DNA from: Chloroflexota bacterium
Lineage (GTDB): Bacteria; Chloroflexota; Dehalococcoidia; UBA6926
DNA: 64,000 nt
Assembly: GCA_026713485.1 (NCBI GenBank)
Contig: JAPOOK010000007.1
Location: forward strand, 886-64,885
Direction: 5' to 3'
Shown: positions 55,595-64,000 of the stretch, in pieces
How the letters are laid out: each line of letters starts with the position of its first letter
Position numbering within the stretch: the first letter of the stretch is position 1
Notes under the pieces: model-generated
What the model was told of the DNA's origin: nothing
Databases searched by the model: none
Seen by the model: the letters and a program-made list of their open reading frames with translations, nothing else
Made by a program: the position numbers and the translations under genes

Positions 55595-57112
55595 CTAGTC
55601 GTCCCCGTTATCCGAATCCTCGTCGGCCTCGGTCTCCGCCTCAGTCTCGGAGGCTTCTTCCGAATCGTCGCGCTCCCGTCGCGCGATATCTACCAGCATA
55701 TCCATTGTCTTACGCGCGACAATTCTGCGCTCCACACTCTCGCGGGCAGCCTCACTCTCAAATACCTGTCGCGCCTGCTCTTGCGCCGCCTCATCCTGCT
55801 GCGCGCCCACCACCTCAGCGATGTCCTCGTTGATTTCCTCGTCCGACGCCTCAATGCCCGTCGATTCGGCCAGGTTCGTTATCAGCAGTCCGCGCAGTAC
55901 GCGCTGCTCCGCCTGAGGCCGCACGGTATCGCGCAGCTGCTCCACGCCCTGGCCCGTCGACTGCGCGTACGCGGCGAGAGACATGCCCATTCCCCGCATC
56001 TGCTCGTCCTGGTCCTGCAGGATGCGATCCACTTCCATATCCACCACGATGGGCGGATACGTGACCGTCGCCGCCTCAGCGAATCTCTCGAGGATATTCT
56101 CCTCGAATTCGGCGCGTGTCTGCGCCTCCGTCCGCTCCGTCAGATCAGAGCGAATCCTATCTCGCAGCGCCTCCACCGTCTCAAAGACATCGTCGCCGAA
56201 TCCCTCGACTCCCTGCGCCCACTCGTCATCGAGGTCCGGCAGGTTCTGCTCCTTGACCTCGCGAACCGTCACTGTGAAATGCGCCTCTTTGCCGTTCAGA
56301 TCGCGAATCGTGAAATCATCCGGCACGGAGATCGTGAACTCTTTGGTCTCCTCCGCACTCATGCCAACGAGCTGCTCCGGCACCCCCGGCGCGGGATACG
56401 TCACGCCTTCCTGCACCATGTAGCTGATGCCCGTCTCTTCCACGAACGTCCGCCGACCCGGTACTTCCGGCTCGCCCTCGGACTCATCGCCATCGTCGGC
56501 GTCAGCTTCAGTGTCTGCCTCAGCGGTTGGCTCCGACTCCGCATTAGAATCCTCATCATCCCCGTCCTCGGATTCCGCCGCGTCCTCCGGGTCCTCGTCC
56601 ACATAGCCGCTCATATCGACGGTCAGAAGATCACCGAGCTCAACAGCCCTTTCCACCGGCTCCCACGGCGAGCCCTGCCTGCGGAGGTTATTGAGCACCT
56701 CCTCGACCTGCTCCTCGGTGACCTCCGGATCTTCCCAGTCGACGCGAATCGACTCGTAGTCGCCGAGTTCCACCTCCGGCCGCAGCGCCACGGTGGCGCG
56801 GAACGTGATGGGATCAAGAGATTCCAGGTCCGTCACCTGTGGCCGCGCGATGGGCTCAAGCTCCTGCTGCTCCACCGCGTCCGCCACCGACCGCTCCAGC
56901 AGCCCCTCGATATCGTCCTGGATGAGCGTTTCCGCCCCGATATGACGTTCGAGGATCATGCGCGGGGCCTTGCCCCTCCGAAATCCTGGAATGACGTACC
57001 GCTGCACAAGCCGACGGTACGCCCGCTGCTTGTGATCCTCAATCTCCGCCTCTTCCAACTCAATAAGCAGCCCAACCTGGCGGTCAGGCATATCTTCAGT
57101 CGTAATCTTCAC
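55595..57112 (-). CDS. tig: Trigger factor
   Basis: 505 aa. The N-terminal ribosome-binding motif GFRRGKAP and the tig-clpP-clpX order fit trigger factor. It has an acidic C-terminal tail. Confidence 0.9.
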   Translation of the reverse strand: MKITTEDMPDRQVGLLIELEEAEIEDHKQRAYRRLVQRYVIPGFRRGKAPRMILERHIGAETLIQDDIEGLLERSVADAVEQQELEPIARPQVTDLESLDPITFRATVALRPEVELGDYESIRVDWEDPEVTEEQVEEVLNNLRRQGSPWEPVERAVELGDLLTVDMSGYVDEDPEDAAESEDGDDEDSNAESEPTAEADTEADADDGDESEGEPEVPGRRTFVEETGISYMVQEGVTYPAPGVPEQLVGMSAEETKEFTISVPDDFTIRDLNGKEAHFTVTVREVKEQNLPDLDDEWAQGVEGFGDDVFETVEALRDRIRSDLTERTEAQTRAEFEENILERFAEAATVTYPPIVVDMEVDRILQDQDEQMRGMGMSLAAYAQSTGQGVEQLRDTVRPQAEQRVLRGLLITNLAESTGIEASDEEINEDIAEVVGAQQDEAAQEQARQVFESEAARESVERRIVARKTMDMLVDIARRERDDSEEASETEAETEADEDSDNGDD

Positions 57113-57180
57113 GCGTGGAAACTCCGTATTCGGATTGGCTATGAGGCAGGAACAACATTATACATCGGGGCGCCCAACAA

Positions 57181-59004
57181 TCAGTCAGACGCCGCGATGT
57201 CTTGCGCGGCTTCTCGCAGCCGCAGGTTCAAATCAACCAGCTGCTGCTCGTCCACCGTGGACGGCGCGCTCATCATCAGGTCCTGTGCCGACTGCGTCTT
57301 CGGGAACGGGATTACCTCCCGGATATTCGGCTCCCCTGCCAGCACCATCACTGTCCGGTCGATCCCCGGCGCGAACCCGCCATGCGGAGGCACCCCGTAC
57401 TCGAACGCCTCCAGCATGTGCCCGAATCGATCCTCGATCTCCTCCGGTGAATGTCCCAGCAGCGCGAAAATCCTGTCCTGCAGCTCGCGGTCATGGATCC
57501 TGATCGAGCCTGACCCCAGCTCCAGCCCGTTCACAACCAGGTCATACGCCCGCGACCGCACAGCCGTCGGCGATTCCTCCAGCAGCCCCGCATCCTCCGG
57601 CACCGGCGCGGTGAACGGATGATGCACGGAACTCAACCCGCCCTCATCGTCCGCCGCCTCAAATAGAGGGAACTCCGTCACGAACGCAAACGCCAGCTCA
57701 TTCGGGTCCGCAAGCTCCAGCCGCTCCCCCAGCTCCGTCCGCAGCGCGCTCAGCGACGCGCCCACGATGCTCTCATCCGCCGCCACAATCAGCAGCAGAT
57801 CGCCCGCTGAAGCCCCCATCGCCTCCGTAATCGACCGCACCGTCTCGATATCAAGATGACGTGCTAGCGCCGACCGCACGTTGTCCGGCTGCAGGTCTGA
57901 GACTGCCGTTCCCGCCTCCGCGTCCAGACCAATGGTCGCCAGCCCGCGCGCGCCCTGCCCTCTAACGATCTCTGTCAGATTCTCGAGTTCCCGCCGACTG
58001 TACCCCGCGCACCCCGGCGCGACGATTCCCCGCACCGTGCCGCCCGTCTCCGCAAGCGCCGACGTGAAAACCCCCACGCCGCTCTCGGCAACGATGCTCG
58101 ATATATCCCTGATCTCCATCCCGAAACGCAGGTCCGGCTTGTCCGAGCCGAAACGCTTCATCGCCTCTTCATACGTCATCCGAGGAAACGGCGATGTCAT
58201 GCCCATATGTGGCGCGGTGGTCTGCGCCAGCCCCGTGTATAACTCCTCCATCAGGTCCAGCACGTCCGTCTCGTCCACGAAGCTCATCTCCAAATCAAGC
58301 TGCGTGAACTCCGGCTGCCGGTCCGCCCGCTGATCCTCGTCGCGGAAACACCGCGCAATCTGGAAATACCGCTCCACACCCGCCACCATGAGCAGTTGCT
58401 TCAACTGTTGCGGCGACTGCGGCAGCGCATAGAAATGGCCCGGGTGAACCCGTGACGGCACAAGATAGTCCCGCGCCCCCTCCGGCGTGCTCTTCATCAA
58501 CATCGGCGTCTCGACTTCCAAAAAGCCGCGCTCGTCCAGGAAATCACGGATGTACTTCACGACGCGATGCCGCAGCCTGAGGTTCGCCGCCATTCGCTCA
58601 CGCCGAAGATCAAGGTACCGATACCGCAGCCGCAGCGACTCATCGACGTCCGATTCCTCATTGATGTAGAAAGGCGGCGTCTTGGACGGATTCAGCACCG
58701 TCACCTCGCTTGCGTGGATCTCGATGCCGCCAGTCGCGATGCGTGGATTCTCCGTGCCCGCGGGCCGTACCTGCACCTCGCCGGTGATGGCCACCACCCA
58801 CTCATTGCGCAGCGCGTCCGCGGATTGGTACGCCGACTCCGCCGCCGACGGATCGACTACAACCTGCACCAGCCCGGTGCGGTCGCGCATATCGAGGAAA
58901 ATCAACCCGCCATGATCCCGGCGGCGATGAACCCACCCCGCCAGACGCACAACCTGCCCCGCCTCCGCAAGCGAAAGCTCCCCACAACTATGTGACTTCA
59001 ACAT
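57181..59004 (-). CDS. aspS: Aspartate--tRNA ligase
   Basis: 607 aa. OB-fold N-domain (VRLAGWVHRRRDHGGLIFLDMRDRTGLVQVV) and class II motifs (FRDEDQRADRQPEFTQLDLEMSF, GGFAPGIDR). Confidence 0.96.
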   Translation of the reverse strand: MLKSHSCGELSLAEAGQVVRLAGWVHRRRDHGGLIFLDMRDRTGLVQVVVDPSAAESAYQSADALRNEWVVAITGEVQVRPAGTENPRIATGGIEIHASEVTVLNPSKTPPFYINEESDVDESLRLRYRYLDLRRERMAANLRLRHRVVKYIRDFLDERGFLEVETPMLMKSTPEGARDYLVPSRVHPGHFYALPQSPQQLKQLLMVAGVERYFQIARCFRDEDQRADRQPEFTQLDLEMSFVDETDVLDLMEELYTGLAQTTAPHMGMTSPFPRMTYEEAMKRFGSDKPDLRFGMEIRDISSIVAESGVGVFTSALAETGGTVRGIVAPGCAGYSRRELENLTEIVRGQGARGLATIGLDAEAGTAVSDLQPDNVRSALARHLDIETVRSITEAMGASAGDLLLIVAADESIVGASLSALRTELGERLELADPNELAFAFVTEFPLFEAADDEGGLSSVHHPFTAPVPEDAGLLEESPTAVRSRAYDLVVNGLELGSGSIRIHDRELQDRIFALLGHSPEEIEDRFGHMLEAFEYGVPPHGGFAPGIDRTVMVLAGEPNIREVIPFPKTQSAQDLMMSAPSTVDEQQLVDLNLRLREAAQDIAASD

Positions 59005-59090
59005 TGGGCAAACAAAGAACTACTCTCGGAGATTGCCGGATGGAACAAACCGCCACGAATCCCGGCGCATCAATCATAGCATCCACACCG

Positions 59091-59380
59091 CTCACCCTGA
59101 GCCTGCCGAAGGGCCACCCCAGTTGTCATTCCGAGCGCAGCCGAGGAATCTAAAGCCTCAATTGCGCCAACCAACCCCCCGTTCACCCTGAGCGTAGTCG
59201 AAGGGCCACCCCCCCTCCGTCATTCCCGCGCAGGCGGGAATCTGAATCCCATTGCGCCAACCAAGCCCCTCAACGCCAACCACGGTATCCCCTCTCCCCG
59301 AGGGAGAGGGTTAGGGTGAGGGGGTGCCCCTTGTCATTCCGAGCGCAGCCGAGGAACCCAAGAACATAATTGCGCCGTAC
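59091..59380. repeat. Largest REP-like mosaic in the window (at least 6 units of 4 families)
   Basis: CTCACCCTGAGCCTGCCGAAGGGC (59091), GTCATTCCGAGCGCAGCCGAGGAATCTAAAGCCTCAATTGCGCCAACC (59125-59172), GTTCACCCTGAGCGTAGTCGAAGGGC (59181), GTCATTCCCGCGCAGGCGGGAATCTGAATCCCATTGCGCCAACC (59219-59262), CCCTCTCCCCGAGGGAGAGGGTTAGGGTGAGGG (59290), and GTCATTCCGAGCGCAGCCGAGGAAC.. (59333-59380). Confidence 0.9.
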
Positions 59381-59440
59381 GGTTGTGCTACTCTAAGTAG
59401 ACAGCATCATAGTAGTCTCGAGAAGAACGGGAGTTGAACC

Positions 59441-59608
59441 ATGAGAGGCTGGATTTTTGTAATCGGATGGGTGTTCCTTATGGCGGTCGTGTTGTTGGAT
59501 GGTGGAGTAGACTCTCGCGGGGACTTGCTGGCTACCAGCTTCATCTTGGCCGGCTTTGTTGCTGCGCTCGTCTGGCTTATTGATTGGGAACGAATCAGTG
59601 AGCAGTAA
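59441..59608 (+). CDS. Small two-TM membrane peptide (55 aa), hypothetical
   Basis: My own translation gives MRGWIFVIGWVFLMAVVLLDGGVDSRGDLLATSFILAGFVAALVWLIDWERISEQ. The ATG is preceded by GGGAG. It falls below the 60-aa cutoff of the ORF track. Confidence 0.4.
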   Translation: MRGWIFVIGWVFLMAVVLLDGGVDSRGDLLATSFILAGFVAALVWLIDWERISEQ

Positions 59609-59682
59609 TTACCACGAACGAACTGGTTGCGTAAGCGATTGATGGCAAGCGCCCCTAAGTCGCCGACATAATCGAGCGAATC

Positions 59683-61152
59683 GTGCCTGAACTCAACGTC
59701 CCCAACCGCACCCTCTTCCACGGCGACAACCTCCCGTTCCTACGCGGCTTGAACAGCGAATCGGTGCATCTGATCGCCACAGACCCTCCATTCAACAAAG
59801 GGCGAGATTTTCACGCGACCCCGGACAGCCTCGCTCGCGGCGCAAAGTTCCAAGACCGTTGGAAGTGGGACGACGATGTGCAGGGCGAGTGGGTCGATCA
59901 GATTACCGATGACTGGCCCAAGGTGATGAACGTGATCAACGGCGCACGAGAAAGCTACGGCGATGACATGGGTGCGTTCCTCTGTTTCATGGCCGTGCGG
60001 CTCATCGAGATGCATCGTGTTCTGCGCAGTGACGGGAGCATCTATCTCCATTGTGACCCGACGGCGAGCCACTATCTCAAGGCTTTAATGGATGCGCTTT
60101 TCGGCCCTGATGGATTCAAGACTGAGATTTCTTGGAAACGGACCAGTGCCCATAGTGATGCGCGGCAAGGACGGCGCCAACATGGCCGGATACGCGATCT
60201 CATCCTCTTCTACACCAAAGGCGGTACGTGGACGTGGAATCAGCTGTACACCGAATACGACGCTTCATACGTCAACAGCATGTACCGCCACGTCGAACCT
60301 GAAACTGGACGCCGTTACCGCCTCGATAACCTGACTGGCCCTGGAGGCGCTGCTAAAGGCAATCCTCAATATGAGGTTATGGGAGTAACGCGCTATTGGC
60401 GCTATAGCCAGCAACAGATGCAAGGGTTGATTGATGCTGGTCGTGTGATTCAAACCAAGCCTGGTCGCGTTCCCAGCTACAAGCGATATCTGGATGAGAT
60501 GCCCGGCGTGCCACTACAGGATTCTTGGGATGACATCAATCCCATCGGCTCCGGAGCTCGTGAGCGTGTCGGTTATCCGACGCAGAAGCCACTCGCACTC
60601 TATGAGCGCATCATCAACGCGAGCAGCAATGAGGGGGATATCGTTCTCGATCCATTCGCAGGGTGCGCTACAACGCCCGTCGCGGCGGAACGTCTCGGAC
60701 GGAAGTGGGTCGGGGCGGACATTTGGGACGGGGCGCTTGAGGTCGTCAAACAACGGATGGAAGACAACCGTCAACTGCTGACGGACCCGAACCCACAGAT
60801 TCACTACATCACGGAGTCGCCGGAGCGGACGGACGAGGCCGAGGAGGCAGTGCCTTTCCTACAGGTGAAGGAGCGGTATAAGGAGCCTGAGGGGACAAGA
60901 ATGTCGCGGCAGGAGATGTTTGAATATCTCATCGCTCAGAACGGGCAGCGATGCCAGGGGTGTGACCGGACCTTTGATGATCAGCTGTACCTGGAGCTTG
61001 ACCACAATACCCCGCGCTCCCAAGGCGGCTGGAATCACATCATGAATCGCGTACTACTTTGTGGGCCGTGCAATCGCATCAAGAGCAACGTCTACACGCT
61101 TGAGGGCCTACGCCGGGAGAATCGTAAGCGCGGCCGAATGGCAGAGAAGTAG
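59683..61152 (+). CDS. Beta-class N6A/N4C DNA methyltransferase fused to a C-terminal HNH endonuclease domain
   Basis: 489 aa. Motif IV IATDPPFNKG is near the N-terminus and motif I IVLDPFAGCATT lies later, which is the beta permutation. A Mod-like insertion is present (..RYWRYSQQQMQGLIDAGRVIQ..PSYKRYLDE..LQDSWDDI). The C-terminal HNH zinc-finger is CQGCDRTF..LELDHNTPRSQGGWNHIMNRVLLCGPCNRIKSN (about 60925-61152). Confidence 0.85.
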   Translation: MPELNVPNRTLFHGDNLPFLRGLNSESVHLIATDPPFNKGRDFHATPDSLARGAKFQDRWKWDDDVQGEWVDQITDDWPKVMNVINGARESYGDDMGAFLCFMAVRLIEMHRVLRSDGSIYLHCDPTASHYLKALMDALFGPDGFKTEISWKRTSAHSDARQGRRQHGRIRDLILFYTKGGTWTWNQLYTEYDASYVNSMYRHVEPETGRRYRLDNLTGPGGAAKGNPQYEVMGVTRYWRYSQQQMQGLIDAGRVIQTKPGRVPSYKRYLDEMPGVPLQDSWDDINPIGSGARERVGYPTQKPLALYERIINASSNEGDIVLDPFAGCATTPVAAERLGRKWVGADIWDGALEVVKQRMEDNRQLLTDPNPQIHYITESPERTDEAEEAVPFLQVKERYKEPEGTRMSRQEMFEYLIAQNGQRCQGCDRTFDDQLYLELDHNTPRSQGGWNHIMNRVLLCGPCNRIKSNVYTLEGLRRENRKRGRMAEK

Positions 61153-61155
61153 GGA

Positions 61156-61443
61156 GTGGGTGGCTACGTGTACTCGAAGGCTCGCTCACGCTTAATGGAG
61201 TTTTTTCTCCTACTGGCCATCAACAACTCCGATGTGGCAATTTCTCAGTATCCACCTAGGCCACCCGAATTACGTTTACATCAGGGGTATACCCGTGGCT
61301 TTTCGGGTGAGCCAGAGATTCGTGAAGAGATGTTCCTGCGGGGATACCCTTGGCTAATTGTCTTCGCGCTCAAGAAAACATTGCACCCGCTTGGCATCGG
61401 TGTCGGAATTGCTGGCGCCGCAAGGATATTTGGGTTTCTCTGA
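61156..61443 (+). CDS. Hypothetical protein (95 aa), weak call
   Basis: The ORF begins 4 nt after the methyltransferase stop. It has hydrophobic stretches and no recognised motif. Confidence 0.25.
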   Translation: MGGYVYSKARSRLMEFFLLLAINNSDVAISQYPPRPPELRLHQGYTRGFSGEPEIREEMFLRGYPWLIVFALKKTLHPLGIGVGIAGAARIFGFL

Positions 61444-61483
61444 GTTCCCCGGCTCCCCTGAGCCTGTGGAAGGGCCGCCCACT

Positions 61484-61774
61484 CTACCGCCCAGCCGCTG
61501 TCGGCAGCGCCCGGACCTTCTCCCCGGTCTCTCTTTCCGCGAGAGCGAGATCATACTGCGACTGAAGATTCAACCAGAATTGCGGCTCCACGCCAAACCA
61601 ATGGCCGAAACGCAAGGCGGTGTCGCCGGTAATTGACCGCTTGCCCGCGATAATCTGGCTAACCCTGTTCGGCGGCACGTCGATATCCCGCGCGAAAGCT
61701 GTCAGAGTGATGCCAATCTCCGCCAGCTCATCCTTGAGAATGTCACCGGGATGAACAACCCGCCTGAACGTCAC
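61484..61774 (-). CDS. higA: HigA-family antitoxin (XRE HTH)
   Basis: HPGDILKDELAEIGITLTAFARDIDVPPNRVSQIIAGKRSITGDTALRFGHWFGVEPQFWLNLQSQYDL. Confidence 0.9.
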   Translation of the reverse strand: MTFRRVVHPGDILKDELAEIGITLTAFARDIDVPPNRVSQIIAGKRSITGDTALRFGHWFGVEPQFWLNLQSQYDLALAERETGEKVRALPTAAGR

Positions 61775-61786
61775 GACTCCCTCCTT

Positions 61787-62071
61787 TCACGAGTGATAAT
61801 CCACAATCTCCACGTCCGTCGGTCCTGGACCATCGGGCCACGAAAAGCAGATCCGCCACTGACGGTTGATCCGTATCGAGTATTGCCCTGCTCGGTCCCC
61901 CCGCAAGGCTTCCAACCGATTCCCTGGCAACTGAGCCAGCGTTCGTAGCGACGGCGCCGCGTTCAGAATCGCCAACCGCCTTTCCGCTTGTACCTCAAAC
62001 GCTTGGAACTCTCGCACAAACTCCCCAGCGGCAAAGCGTTCAGTTCGACGGTCTCGATAACTCAGGATCAT
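61787..62071 (-). CDS. higB: HigB toxin (plasmid maintenance system killer, RelE/ParE superfamily)
   Basis: ..RTLAQLPGNRLEALRGDRAGQYSIRINRQWRICFSW..GPTDVEIVDYH. Confidence 0.9.
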   Translation of the reverse strand: MILSYRDRRTERFAAGEFVREFQAFEVQAERRLAILNAAPSLRTLAQLPGNRLEALRGDRAGQYSIRINRQWRICFSWPDGPGPTDVEIVDYHS

Positions 62072-62163
62072 GCTTGCCCAGATTAGCGAAATGTACGCTG
62101 TACGTCAAACGTCTTTCGCACACCTCATTCAGCAATTACCGCACGAGCACCCCAAAACACTAA

Positions 62164-62190
62164 CGGGGCGGCCTCGTTGAGGCCGCCCCG
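62164..62190 (-). terminator. Intrinsic terminator of rpoD
   Basis: An 11-12 bp GC stem, CGGGGCGGCCTC/GAGGCCGCCCCG. On the minus strand it is followed by TTAGTGTTTTGG. Confidence 0.6.
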
Positions 62191-62216
62191 CGTTTCTTGC
62201 GAGATGCACCGAGAGA

Positions 62217-63311
62217 TCAATCCTCGATGTAGCCTTCCAGGCGTTCGCGATTCCGCTGCAGCCGCATGTTCTTCATCGCCCCGGCCTGGATCTGGCGCAC
62301 ACGCTCTCGCGTCAGGCTCAGCATGTCGCCGATCTCACGCAGCGTGTACTCCTTGCCGTCCATGATCCCGAACCGCAGCTCCAGCACCAACCGTTCTCGC
62401 GGCGAGAGCGACCCCAGCACCGCTGCCATGCGCTCTCGAAGCATCGTCTGCGCCACCATGTCGATGGCCGTCTCCGCCTCATCCTGCGCTACAAAGTCCG
62501 CCAGTGTCGCCCCGTCCTCGCCGATGGGCGCGTCGATGGACGCCGGCTGCTGTGCCAGGGAGATCAGCTGCTCCACCTTCTCCAGCGGAATCTCTGTCTC
62601 TGCGGCCAGCTCCTCCGGCGTTGCCTCACGGCCCAACTGCTGCAGCAGCCGATGGCGCGCGCGGTCAACCTTCGCGGACATCTCGCCCACGTGAACCGGC
62701 AGACGGATGCTGTTCCCCTGCTCGGACACGCCCCGAGCGATTGCCTGCCGGATCCACCACGTCGCGTACGTCGAGAACCGGAACCCCCGATGGTGGTCGA
62801 AACGGTCCACCGCCTTGAGCAGGCCGATGTTCCCTTCCTGGATCAGGTCGAACAGGGACAAGCCTCTGCCCTGGTACCGCTTGGCGATGCTGACGACGAG
62901 GCGGAGGTTGGCCTCAGTCATGGACTTGCGGGCGTCCTCGCCCTCCTTGACCGCCTTCATCAGGTCTCGCCGCTCAACGGAACTCATGTTGTCCGCGCCG
63001 GCAAGGCGCTTGGTCGCGCGACGACCCTCATCCATCAGGATGCCGAGCTCCGTCTCCTGCTGAGGCGTCAACAGCTTGCGACGACCGATGTCCTGCAGAT
63101 AGCCCCTCAGAGGATCGTTCAGGTTCTCCGTGGAGCCGCTGTCGAACTCGCCGACTTTCGCAGCGTTCGCCTTCTCTTCCTGCGCATCGTCGAGGTCGAT
63201 GACATCCACGGAGGTCTCATTTACCTCCATCGGGACGTCTGCCGTACCCGGCGCGCGCCGGGCCTCGTCCTCTGCGATATCGGCACGAATCTCGTCCGTA
63301 ATCGCCTTCAT
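62217..63311 (-). CDS. rpoD: RNA polymerase sigma-70 factor (RpoD/SigA family)
   Basis: Region 2 YATWWIRQAIARG and region 4.2 TLREIGDMLSLTRERVRQI. ATG 63311 is preceded by AAGGAGG. The track ORF starts at 63350. Confidence 0.92.
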   Translation of the reverse strand: MKAITDEIRADIAEDEARRAPGTADVPMEVNETSVDVIDLDDAQEEKANAAKVGEFDSGSTENLNDPLRGYLQDIGRRKLLTPQQETELGILMDEGRRATKRLAGADNMSSVERRDLMKAVKEGEDARKSMTEANLRLVVSIAKRYQGRGLSLFDLIQEGNIGLLKAVDRFDHHRGFRFSTYATWWIRQAIARGVSEQGNSIRLPVHVGEMSAKVDRARHRLLQQLGREATPEELAAETEIPLEKVEQLISLAQQPASIDAPIGEDGATLADFVAQDEAETAIDMVAQTMLRERMAAVLGSLSPRERLVLELRFGIMDGKEYTLREIGDMLSLTRERVRQIQAGAMKNMRLQRNRERLEGYIED

Positions 63312-63627
63312 CTGCGCACCTCCTTGTGTTGGTTCCGACCGATTGCGCACCTGTCAAAACCAGACACCCCTCCCGGTTTCCCTAAAGGGATTGGCTACCA
63401 GCATAGACCCGTTCGCACGCTTGTCAATCTCTCGGTATCCGATGGTGCTTATGAGTCTCATTACTGTTCGCCCTCTATGTCCTCAATTAATTGAACGCTC
63501 AGGACAAGCACGAGGAAAGCAGATCATGGCCGAGAACGAGTTGATCGGCGAAATGTGGGACAATTAATAGCGCAGCTATGACGTGACGCAGCGAGCAACA
63601 ACCTCGACCTCCCCGGAGCAGCTGATC

Positions 63628-64000
63628 TATGCAGGAAGTCCCGCGGTCATTGGAGATCCTGGCAACACTTTGCCGCCACCCCGCCACCTCCTATTTTGAA
63701 GACAAAGTCGCCCGAGAAGTTGAGCGCATCCTTGCAGACGCCGCAATCCCGTGGGAGCAGGACGAGTTCGGCAACATCATCGCCCGCCTCACCCGACGCG
63801 ACACATCAGACCCGACGCCGCCCCGCCCGATCGCGCTCGTCGCCCACATGGACCACCCGGGATTCGAAATTGTGGAGGTCGACGGCCGGCGGCTGACCTT
63901 GCAGATGAGGGGCCGCGTCTCAGACGTCATCTACGATCAACAGGTGGATCTCGTCGTCCACTGCGCCGACGGCTCGTCGTGTGCTGCCCGGACCACCGGT
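63628..64000 (+). CDS. M42/M28-like metallopeptidase (partial; runs off the right edge)
   Basis: My own translation from ATG 63628 gives MQEVPRSLEILATLCRHPATSYFEDKVAREVERILADAAIPWEQDEFGNIIARL..IALVAHMDHPGFEIV.., which carries an AHMD-type metal-binding motif. Confidence 0.6.

Noticed and set aside
55565-57622. A 685-aa + strand ORF, the longest non-annotated ORF in the track.
   Set aside because: It is entirely antisense to tig and aspS, which carry unmistakable motifs. It is Arg/Leu/His-rich low-complexity sequence typical of GC-driven shadow ORFs.
59091-59380. The repeat cluster could be a degenerate CRISPR array belonging to the distant cas genes.
   Set aside because: The units belong to several different sequence families, are individually palindromic and are irregularly spaced. 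The same units occur singly at many other intergenic sites. This is REP/BIME-like behaviour, not a CRISPR array.
59407-59721. A 104-aa minus-strand ORF between the REP cluster and the methyltransferase.
   Set aside because: It overlaps the methyltransferase start and the more plausible + strand 55-aa membrane peptide, which has an SD-like GGGAG. It has no motif.

Overview
This is a 64-kb window from a high-GC bacterial chromosome. The gene order and the dispersed GTCATTCCCGCG..GCGGGAAT-type hairpin repeats suggest a Chloroflexota-like organism, but that is an unverified guess. Many long antisense shadow ORFs in the six-frame track are artefacts of the GC content. Positions 1-10000 form a defence island. 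It holds cas2 (partial, my own translation), cas1 and a compact 1034-aa cas9 (type II-C-like gene content, CRISPR array not in the window). It also holds a candidate divergent tracrRNA, an uncharacterised 595-aa protein directly upstream of cas9, a divergent NYN-domain nuclease, and an AbiEi/AbiEii toxin-antitoxin pair. The island ends in a cluster of REP-like hairpin repeats. Positions 10.7-19.7 kb carry a sulfate-assimilation plus siroheme operon (cysH-cysC-sat-sir-hemD-sirC-cobA/hemD-hemC). It is preceded by a near-consensus promoter, a leader of about 220 nt and a strong intrinsic terminator, which together look like a candidate attenuator or riboswitch. Positions 19.7-24.5 kb carry a tight five-gene minus-strand operon of unknown product: a GTP cyclohydrolase II-RibD_C fusion, an MDR dehydrogenase, a PTPS/QueD-like enzyme, a GT4 glycosyltransferase and a SAM methyltransferase. 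The rest is mostly housekeeping: recN, tsaBE, two MFS transporters with MarR, ndk, rsfS, mnmA, rnhB, two tRNA-Ser genes, dprA-topA-xerC, aroQ-pepP-efp, clpX-clpP-tig, aspS and rpoD. A few oddities are interspersed: a TSP3-like tandem-repeat protein, a collagen-like lipoprotein and a HicAB-like pair. A second small accessory islet at 59.0-62.2 kb contains a large REP cluster, a 55-aa membrane peptide, a beta-class DNA methyltransferase fused to a C-terminal HNH nuclease, and HigBA. The most interesting candidate is the uncharacterised 595-aa gene, with its NYN neighbour, wedged between cas9 and AbiE. All calls rest on motif recognition by eye. No searches were run.
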